A DNA stretch of 64,000 bases from Antedon mediterranea (taxonomy: Eukaryota > Animalia > Echinodermata). The notes beneath the pieces were generated by a model. It saw nothing but the letters and a program-made list of their open reading frames with translations. It was not told the DNA's origin and ran no database searches. The stretch covers positions 32,051,648-32,115,647 of the forward strand of contig NC_092673.1 in assembly GCF_964355755.1 (NCBI RefSeq). Reading direction: 5' to 3'. The position numbers and the translations under genes are program-made. The number at the start of each line of letters is the position of its first letter. Position 1 is the stretch's first letter. Shown here piece by piece: positions 54,150-64,000 of the stretch.

Positions 54150-54680
54150 GTTACCTCTTAAAGTCATCGTTAATTTTTTTTAATCCCAGCTGGGAGAAAC
54201 GAATTTGAGTATCGACCCGTCCGCGCCAACACCGGCCTCAGTCTACCACTTCTACCAATGTGGCAGCGAAGAAGATCCGAATGAAGGGGGTGGTTTTCCT
54301 CCTCCATGATCGCCTGTAAACCATTTTTCAATCGTTCTCCGTAGTGACAATCGTAGACTGAGTCCGCTGTCAGCGCCGACGAGCCAATCACTCTTAATGC
54401 CCTTTCTAATACTTTACATATGCGGCCCTTATCTCCCTTGTTTATGTTCTCACCCCAGCCTAATACTAATAGGCAATAATTCCAGATTGAAAAAATAACA
54501 GATGAATAGAACATAGCCTAGTAAGTATCTCTTCCCTAACCCTAAAAACTTTCATTTTCCTCAAACAGTACAGTCTAGTATTTAATTTTTTAATTAGTTG
54601 ATCAACATGCTCTCCCCATGATAAATTATTGTCATACGTTACCCCAAGATACTTATATGTTTTAACGATTTCTACGATTT
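54150..54680 (-). mobile_element. LINE (Rex/Babar/L2-like) RT C-terminal fragment; mirrored at ~56510-57025 and partly at 55630-55824
   Basis: TYKYLGVTYDNNLSWGEHV...RLYCLRKM...HPLH...RTGRYSNSFLPAGI. Confidence 0.8.
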
Positions 54681-54970
54681 ATCTCGTGCCACTACTATTG
54701 CATAAGCCAAATGGCAAATTTCATCACACTATATCCGTCACACATAAATGATTTCAACCCGTGTGTTGCATGGGCACGCTTTTATACACCTTTAAAACAA
54801 TAGAAATTACATAATTATGAATATATATATATATAACAATTAGAATTTTGTATAAAAAATATTATTAAAATTTGTTTATATTTTGTGTGATATTTTAGGA
54901 AATTTATTATAGGAAAATTACAAAATTTATCTGTAATACAAATTAAATGATTGTGTAAAAGGTTCATTTT

Positions 54971-56702
54971 CAGGGAAGGTATACGGCTATACAGTGGATT
55001 CCGGAATAGTAGGCATGATTAGTTCGTTTACCATGATTCTCCTTTTTCCTACAGCATAAACATAACCCGATTATACTATCTTTTTCAACTGCTGCAAATG
55101 TTTGGTACACTTTCATTCCATGTGTATTATAGCCTATATAGCTGTGGGATGGTATGAGAAAGCGATATACATTTAAGTAATACGGTATAAAATAGCGATG
55201 TGCGAGTAATATACTACATGGCCGGACCGCAAATAAAATACGATATATATATATATGATGACGTAGTAGATATCTACACACGCGTAGAAGAACTCCTGGA
55301 TTGGAGTAGGGAGATTTAGATCCTTCCTTTCTGTGGGGGCCGCCATTTTGAACCTTTTACACAATCATTTAATTTGTATTACAGATAAATTTTGTAATTT
55401 ACCAAATTTCCTAAAATATTACACAAATATAAACAAATTTCAATAATATTTTTTATACAAAAATCTATTTGTTATATATATATTTTCATAATTATGTAAT
55501 TTCTATTGTTTTAAAGGTGTATAAAAGCCTGCCCATGCAACACACGGGTTGAAATCATTGATGTGTGACGGATAAAGTGTGTTTTGTGATGAATTTTGCC
55601 ATTTGGCTTATGCAATAGTAGTGGCACGAGATAAATCGTAGAAATCGTTAAAACATTTAGGTATCTTGAGGTAACGTATGACAATAATTTATCATGGGGA
55701 GAGCATGTTTATCAACTAATTAAAAAATTAAATACTAGACTGTACTGTTTGAGGAAAATGAACGTTTTTAGGGTTAGGGAAGAGATACTTACTATGTTCT
55801 ATTCATCTGTTATTTTTTCAATCTGTTCAATATATTTATTATTTGTCATACGTCAGGGAAGGTATACGGCTATACAGTGGATTCCGGAATAGTAGGCATG
55901 ATTAGTTCGTTTACGATGATTCTCCTTTTTCCTACAGCATAAACATAACCCGATTATACTATCTTTTTCAACTGCTGCAAATGTTTGGTACACTTTCATT
56001 CCATGTGTATTATAGCCTATATAGCTGTGGGATGGTATGAAAAAGCGATATATATTTAAGTAATACGGTATAAAATAGCGATGTGCGAGTAATATACTAC
56101 ATGGCCGGACCGCAAATAAAATACGATATATATATATATGATGACGTAGTAGATATCTACACACGCGTAGAAGAACTCCTGGATTGGAGTAGGGAGATTT
56201 AGATCCTTCCTTTCTGTGGGGGCCGCCATTTTGAACCTTTTACACAATCATTTAATTTGTATTACAGATAAATTTTGTAATTTACCAAATTTCCTAAAAT
56301 ATCACACAAAATATAAACAAATTGTAATAATATTGTTTATACAAAAATCTAATTGTTATATATATATTTTCATAATTATGTAATTTCTATTGTTTTAAAG
56401 GTGTATAAAAGCGTGCCCATTCAACACACGGGTTGAAATCATTTATGTGTGACGGATAAAGTGTGATGAATTTTGCCATTTGGCTTATGCAATAGTAGTG
56501 GCACGAGATAAATCGTAGAAATCGTTAAAACATATAAGTATCTTGGGGTAACGTATGACAATAATTTATCATGGGGAGAGCATGTTGATCAACTAATTAA
56601 AAAATTAAATACTAGACTGTACTGTTTGAGGAAAATGAACGTTTTTAGGGTTAGGGAAGAGATACTCACTATGTTCTATTTATCTGGTTTTTTTTCAATC
56701 TG
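54971..56702. repeat. 883-bp-period direct duplication at the palindrome centre
   Basis: 54971-55824 repeated at 55854-56702, separated by a ~29-bp junction. Confidence 0.95.
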
Positions 56703-57776
56703 GGATTATTGCCTATTAGGCTGGGGTGGGAACATAAACAAGGGAGATAAAGGCCGCATATGTAAAGTGTTAGAAAGGGCATTAAGAGTGATTGGCTCGT
56801 CGGCGCTGACAGCGGACTCAGTCTACGATTGTCACTACGGAGAACGATTGAAAATGGTTTACAGGCGATCATGGAGGAGGAAAACCACCCCCTTCATTCG
56901 GATCTTCTTCGCTGCCACATTGGTAGAAGTGGTAGACTGAGGCCGGTGTTGGCGCGGACGGGTCGATACTCAAATTCGTTTCTCCCAGCTGGGATTAAAA
57001 AAATTAACGATGACTTTAAGAGGTAACTACAATAATTTTGATAATAACAATATTAATAATATAAAATATAATTAATAATGAAATATAAGACACTTTTTAA
57101 ACCGTTTTGTAATGATCTGTATTTTTAACTTAAATATTTTTGAGCTGTAATTTTATGATGTACTATTTTAATTATTGTGTATTTTTATATTGTTATTCTA
57201 CATTTTATACTTTATTTTTATACTTTATTTTTATACGATATTTTTATACGATATTTTTATGTGATAAGTGAGCAAAATGCAATTTCCAGTTTAGGTTGGA
57301 CAATAAAAGTTATCTGTAACTGTATCTGTATCTGTAAATTAAGTAGGCCTACACTGGTTTCGTTTTTTTCTATAAATTACAAAAGTAATTGGTATTTGTC
57401 AATTAAGTGCTTTTTGTTGGTACAGATTAGCCAAACATCTCGAGTAATGTAACTGGGAACGTAGCAGCAGCTGCTGGCGATACGACGACGTCGGACGTGA
57501 TGATGCCGGCACTGCTGCAGTTTCCCACCACACCGTTATATCTTTGATTTGTCACCTAAATTTTCATTTTTCACACTCACAACATAATATTAATACTAAT
57601 TTAGGGAACTAATGTACTTTCGCACCTAAATTGGGATTTCAAGATAAAAGAAACAATAATATAGGCCTACCTATATCATAATATGGCACTAACATTTGGT
57701 GTTTCTGGCTTTTTTCATTTGAATTTCATTAATTAAACACTGCATACTCCTAATTGAAATACTTGATTTCTTACAG

Positions 57777-60700
57777 ATGTTCGTAAGGCAGCAGCTACGT
57801 ATACCAAGGCACATCATTTCTAATGTTAAGTTTTCAAATAAACAATGCAGTTATAAGACAAGATCATGTGTTTTATCTTATCAACTCTTAAATGGGTCAT
57901 TCATTAGATGTTGCAATAGTGATGCCACAAATCCAACTAACAAATCACAAGCGAGGGTACAAAAACTAAGAAGAATACAAGACAGACTAGACAAAATAAT
58001 ATCCTGTCAAGAAACAGTGGTAAGAGAAAACAATAACTAAGACTTGTATTCTGAGTTAGATGGAGCAGATGATTGATAACATATGCTGTCATGTCTTTGG
58101 TAACATTTGTAAACTTATGGTGGAAGCTTCAACATTTGATCAAACTTTCACTAACTTTTTTCTCATTTAAAAATTAATTTATATTTTCCTTAAATTGCTT
58201 TAATTATCTTTTTATACTTTTGTATATAAATGTTTGATTATTATTATTAAACATGAATTCCTAAAAACTGAATTTAGTGATATTTAGTTATATTTTTATT
58301 AAAGAATTCATCAGTATTACCAAAGTGGAATGAAAATGAAGTGATAAGATATGAAATACCATATAAGCCAGGTGATAAAAAAGGTAAATTTATAAATGAA
58401 TCAATTTCTTGTGACCAAAAACAGTTTTAATATAGCTTTAATGGTAAAAAATGTAATGGTAGTCTTATATAGAGCGCCTAATACAATGTTTATGAGCACA
58501 AAAATGATTCATAAAATATCCTAAGATAAAAAAAGGAGAAAGGTAGAACAATCATTTACACCGCTCGACGTTCTCCAGTTTCTCTATTACTCTTCTCTAT
58601 TATTGAGACATAAGAAAATTACATAGCTCATCAGATACAAATATACAATAAAATAACATCTAATTAATATTGATAGTGTTTGGTATTTTATTTCAGTTAA
58701 CTTTTGCCTATAGATAACCATCATAAGACAAAACTAAATAACATGAGAAATGAAATAATGAATTATTAAGATTGTTTATCACAAAAATACATTCTTTTTA
58801 CAGACACATCTCAACCCCTTCCCCAGAGATACAGTCCATCCTATGTTGAAGCTGCATGGTATGAGTGGTGGCAGGAAATGGGATTTTTTAAACCCAAGCA
58901 AAAGGTATTTTAATGGTTTTAAGTAAAAAACAGTGAAAGATGTTCAAGAAAACTTGAGAAAGTGCCATGCCAACACCCAAAAAAAAAATATCCCAGGGTT
59001 CAAACTAATGTACTGCGGTAAACACTAATTCTCTTGTCTAATTGGCCGTCTCAGCACTTTCTATCATATATTTTTTTTTAAATACAATTACTACAGTTGG
59101 AGCAGCTATACTCTAATTATACAGTCAACTCTCCCAATATCGGAAACCTTTCAAATATGTCTGGTTTTCCAGAAAGTCTGGTATTCAGAATGTGTTTTGA
59201 ATGGTAAAAATGAATTTGGGACCTTTTAGACTTTGGACGAGAACAGTCTGGTTTGGGTAGAGTTTCCGGTTTTCAGAGTTGACTGTATTTGTAAATAATA
59301 GTAACTCAATTCAACTCAATCCAATTCAAACAATTATTACCTCCGCCAAGGAGGTTATGTTTTCACCCCTGTATGTTTGTGTGTGTGTTTGTGTGTGTGT
59401 TTGGGTGTTTGTGTGTGTGTTTGTGTGTGTGTCTGTGAACAGCCTGGAGGCCACAGTTTTTATCCGATTCTAACCAAATTTGGACACAATGATCTATGCC
59501 CAAAAAGCTCGGACGAGTTCGAATTTGAGGGGGAAAGGTCATAGGTCAAGGTCACAACTAACAAAAAACTATTTTACTGTCTAGAGACCACAGTTTTGAT
59601 CCGATTCTCACCAAACTTAGCCACAATGATCAATGACACATCATATAATTGTGGTTACATTTTGAAGGGTCAGGGTCAAAGATCAAGGTCCACCAAAAAA
59701 AATAAAATAAAAAATAAAAAAATAATTAAAAAAAAAAACCCTCAGTGGGGCTTGAACCAGCGACCTCAACTGTGAGAGGCTGGATACATAACCATTACAC
59801 CACACTGTCATCCACAACTTTGTAGTGTGCAGTTAACATATTTACACTTAGAACTAATAAAAAAAAATGTTAAAAAAAAATATTCAGGGGGCATTTTATG
59901 TAGAGGAATTTTACAGTAGGCGGAGGTTTGTACTCTCGGAGTACCCTCTAGTTAACTCATAATATTGTCACATAATATAACAGTCTGAGTACAATAAATT
60001 TGCCTATTTTATTCTATTACATAGTCTGAACATAAAAGCGAGCCATTTGTTATGTGTTTACCCCCTCCTAATGTCAATGGCAATCTTCATCTTGGACATG
60101 CACTGACAGTAGCCATAGAAGACAGTATAGTAAGATGGTAGGTAAAATGACAAACATTAAAATACAAAGTATCAGTGGTATTGGTAGTCTATACCATTTA
60201 TGAAGAGGAGTGTTCTACTTTTAATTTGTATTTCGCTCTTCGCTCTAGGCACAAAATAGAAGTAATTATTTGAATTCCTTATATTTTATAATAAAAAAAG
60301 CAAAATAAATTACATTTATAATCTGTTTATATTAGGAATCGAATGTGTGGCAGAGAAACACTATGGTTGCCAGGTTGTGATCACGGCGGTATCGCAACTC
60401 AGGTTGTTGTTGAGAATCAGTTATTGTCGAATACAGGTCAAACTCGACATGACCTAGGTCGCGAAAAATTTATAAATGAAGTCTGGAAATGGAAAGAACA
60501 GTGAGTTATTATTTTTAATCGCAACTTGTGGATGATATCTCAATTTCTTAATTACAAGACTAAACTTCACTATAAATACTTTATATTATTCATTAGTTAT
60601 TTTACTCTGTAAATAATAATAAGCAGCATTTTTTCTTATACAGAAAAGGAGATGAAATATATAAGCAGCTAAAACGACTTGGAGCTTCTTTAGATTGGAC

Positions 60701-63700
60701 GAGAGAAAGATTTACAATGGATAAAGTGCGAATGCTTAATAGTTTGTCAAATAAAAAATAAAATGAATATACAAATACAGCACAAGAGAACATGAGATAC
60801 AATGTTACAGCTCAATGCTGGTTGTTTTGGTTCAATATGCTTTATAAACATAAACAAATTTTTTTGCTGGTTTGACCTATGACATTTCCTGAGAATAAAA
60901 CTAACCACAGTTTCTTTGAAACTTTTGACTAGTTGTGGTTGAGATAAAACATCACTAAGATGCATTACAAATGAATTGTACATACGATATCTAATCTAGT
61001 GCAATAGGAACCCTTCTTTGGGACAGCCTTATTCAAGGGGACACCCCTAATTTCCTGTAAAACAACGAGGGGAAATATACTGTATGTTTTAACACTACAG
61101 CCACCCCCTATTCAGTTATTCCCCTATTCCCCCTATCAAGAAGGACACTTTGTTTGGGTCCTGAAGTTGTCTACTGTGTTTATATATATACGAATACATT
61201 TTTCAGCATGTTTTCTCTTTTTCAGATTCATTCACGAGCTGTTACCGAAGCGTTTGTTCGACTTCATGATGACGGTACAATTTACCGTAGCAACAGCCTT
61301 GTCAACTGGTCATGTGCTTTGAAGTCTGCAATTTCAGATATTGAAGTGAGTACTAAAACAAAGTTAATGAAATACTGTTTAGAGATTATTATGAATAATG
61401 ATAGTTTCCAATTACATAATAACATTGTACAAAATACTATAATTCTCTAAAATAATAAAGTGCAATGAACAAACATGCATATCATAATTTGAAAGAAATA
61501 CTGTATGCAATATTTGGAAATCTTATTAGACACACCCATTGGAAAAATTATATTAGAAAAAAAAATTACTTTTTAACTACAGGTTGACCAAGTGCCTATA
61601 AATGGTAGAAGCCTATTGTCTGTTCCAGGTTATGAAGATAAAGTATTATTTGGTTGTCTTGAGGAATTTGCCTACCCTTTAGAAAACTCTGGTAAGAAAA
61701 ATAAATATTGTATATGCATAGAGTTAAACAGTAACAGTTTATGATAGAAATCTAAATAACTCCCTCTATATCAATCACAAATCAACTTATTATAGACTGT
61801 TGTGTAAACACATCACTAAAGGAATAGAGCCTTTTTTTGAGTTACATTATTTTAACTGATACATTTGACTATTTTAAATACAAGGAGAGATAGTAGTTGC
61901 AACGACAAGAATTGAGACAATGCTTGGGGGCACAGCCATTGCTGTCAATCCTTATGATCCAAGACATGTGCATCACATAGGGGGAGCTGTAATACATCCA
62001 TTTACAGGAGAGAGACTTCCGATTATTGGTGATGTATCGGTCAATAAAGACTTTGGGACAGGTAAGAAAATACTGTTGTATATAAAATGTACTTACTGTA
62101 TACAGTGAGGTGAGGTGTGTCCCGTGTTCATTCTGAACATAGGGGAATGAGCTGTTAGGAGCTCATTGTACTAAGCCTCGGCATTATGTGGTAGGGTGGC
62201 CAGTTCCTTTCAACGCCGCCTTTTTTCCATAGTATTTTCAACTATGTACTCATTTACAGCTGAGTGGACTGGAAGTTGTCGGGAATTGAACCCGGGTCTA
62301 TGTGTATGACAGTGTATACAGTACAACCTAGTAATTGGACACTTCTCTCTGAAATGAATAAAGCTAAATATATATTTTTTAACATGAAGCTAAGCCCTAT
62401 TAAGGAAATATTTGGTGGTACCAGATAATAATAATAAAAATAATAATAATAATAATGGAAATTTGCAAAGTGCAAGCATACGTCTAAAAAAGACGCTTAC
62501 TGCGCTACTGACAACAAAGAACATGAAAAAAAGTTACAAATCTTAAAGACTACAAACATCACAAATACGCTACAAGTTTTCTGGATAAGACATGGGGAAT
62601 AAATGAGTCTTTAAGCTAGACTTGAATGTATATAATGTACTAGAGTTTTGAATATGAGATGGCAGGCGATTCCATAGCATTCCTTTTAATATGGATTCTA
62701 CAGTATATAAAAACAGTAACTTATTGATGGAATAATGTTTTTATCTTATGCTATGTTACACCTGTACACTAAGCTAAACTAGCAGATCGAACAAAGGTTT
62801 GTTAACCTTTAAATTTATAGCAGTAAACACAAATGCAGCCGATTACTTCAAGTTTAGCCATAATGGCCGAGCGGTTAAGGCAGGGCGCCGTTTACCGTAC
62901 CTAAAGAGCCAACAACATTGGCAAGGGTTCGAGGCTCACTCGCTCGTAGTTCTGGTGGTGAAACAAGTCTTCTCGGATAACGACTATAAACTGTAGGTCC
63001 AGTGTACACAGTTATAACCTGTGTGCACTTTAAAGAACCCAGTTCATTATTCGAGAAGAGTAGGGGGTTACCCGCCCTGGTAAGCTGGCTCACAAAATAG
63101 CCCCTGTATCAGGGGGATTACCACCTATCTGATAGGACAGTGATTAATTTACTATTGGTAATTATTGGCCACATTGCCTAAACATATAAAATAAAATTTT
63201 TAAAAATAAATAAATAAATACAATTGATAGATTTCTTACTTTTAACTGTGAATTGTGTATTTCAACCTGCTGTATAACCTATGAAAGCTAGAAGCTCAAC
63301 ATACAGTACCACCTCAACAAGTGCAAACTGAGGTGTTTAAGATTACAATCATAGAACTCATTTGTTTACAGGTGCTGTTATGATTGCACCTGGTCACGAC
63401 TACAATGATTATGAAATTGGGCAGAAACACAACCTTCCAACAATAACAGTCATCAATGAAGATGGCAACATGGCTGACACTACTGCTCAATTTCAGGTAC
63501 ACTTAACTTGTCAATAAAAATATTTTATAAAGGCCAATTTACACCGATGAGCAGTAACGTGGAAAACTGCGTAGCTTGTAGAATCGTAGAATCTATCTAT
63601 CCTGAGGGGAAACTGTTGGTCTGCTCCAAGTTCTGTGTAAATGGTCATAAGGAATAACATAGATTTTATATTTTTTATTTTTTTATTATTTGTTATACTT

Positions 63701-63947
63701 GTCTATGGAAATTGGCCGTAACACATAGTTTCCACTGATTGTCTAGGAAAATTTCTGTACAGTACTCCTTGACACTAACTTTACCATCCATTATGGTACT
63801 GTATAAATTTAAACAGTCGTTTATTACTTTTTGTTGGGGTTAGGGAATGAAAAGATTTCATGCTAGGGTAGCAGTTTTGGAAGCCCTCAAGGAGAGAAAC
63901 TTGTATAGAGGCAGTAAAGATAATCCAATGGTGGTCCCAGTATGCAG
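57777..63947 (+). CDS. VARS2: Mitochondrial valyl-tRNA synthetase paralog, first 11 coding exons (continues beyond window)
   Basis: Exons 57777-58019, 58305-58383, 58804-58904, 60025-60137, 60336-60500, 60644-60725, 61226-61345, 61583-61691, 61885-62061, 63372-63496, 63844-63947; GT-AG sites, same lengths as left copy, no stops seen. Confidence 0.9.
59338..59952 (+). mobile_element. Helentron-associated element with (GT)n and internal tRNA-like segment, right arm only
   Basis: TACCTCCGCCAAGGAGG...GGCGGAGGT, hairpin, CTAG; inserted at TT; empty site CAATTAT|TAACTC in left arm. Confidence 0.88.
62105..62312 (-). mobile_element. tRNA-derived SINE fragment (Nin/Deu-like core), right arm only
   Basis: Minus strand GGGTTCAATTCCC B box and CCAGTCCACTCAGCTGTAAATGAGTAC. 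Confidence 0.6.
62425..62680 (-). mobile_element. L2-type LINE 3' fragment with (TTA)n tail, right arm only
   Basis: Minus translation [27 protein letters not shown]. Confidence 0.75.
62864..63130 (+). mobile_element. tRNA-derived SINE (V-domain-like), right-arm copy
   Basis: TGGCCGAGCGGTTAAGG ... GGTTCGAGGCTC ... TAAAGAACCCAG...AAGAGTAGGGGG. Confidence 0.7.
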
Positions 63948-64000
63948 GTAAACCTAGAGAATACTACTACTGCTATGATGTTATAACATACAAATAATTA

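Larger units (their letters stand above)
47307..64000. repeat. Large inverted duplication (arms <=54966 and >=56232, extending to window end)
   Basis: Exons, introns and SINE/MITEs mirror each other, e.g. 53410<->57777, 47463<->63844. Confidence 0.97.

Noticed and set aside
55173-56247. Duplicated MAAPTERK... ORFs as host genes
   Set aside because: Short, no recognisable domain, embedded among LINE/Helitron fragments; probably a retroelement 5' end
59745-59810. Functional tRNA genes (also ~3765-3820, ~43690-43755, 62864)
   Set aside because: A/B boxes present but stems are degenerate and all lie within SINE or Helentron repeats

Overview
AT-rich, intron-containing animal (probably marine invertebrate/echinoderm-like; inferred from repeat and gene content) genomic DNA, not prokaryotic. 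The left half is a decaying innate-immune locus riddled with nested mobile elements. It holds a NACHT-LRR (NLR) gene on + split by a TIR element and a DED/TRADD-N-like gene on -, plus Academ, Helitron, piggyBac-like, Harbinger and BEL/Pao elements; the BEL element carries a second LTR element in its RT active site. A compact virus-like cassette (Cys/His ORF + PC4-PC4-ALKBH2-like fusion) truncates the NLR. The right half is a large head-to-head inverted duplication of mitochondrial valyl-tRNA synthetase (VARS2). The - copy is frameshifted and exon-deleted. The + copy is open in all 11 visible exons but has substitutions in threonine-editing-site residues. All protein and family assignments come from motif recognition by eye; no database searches were run.
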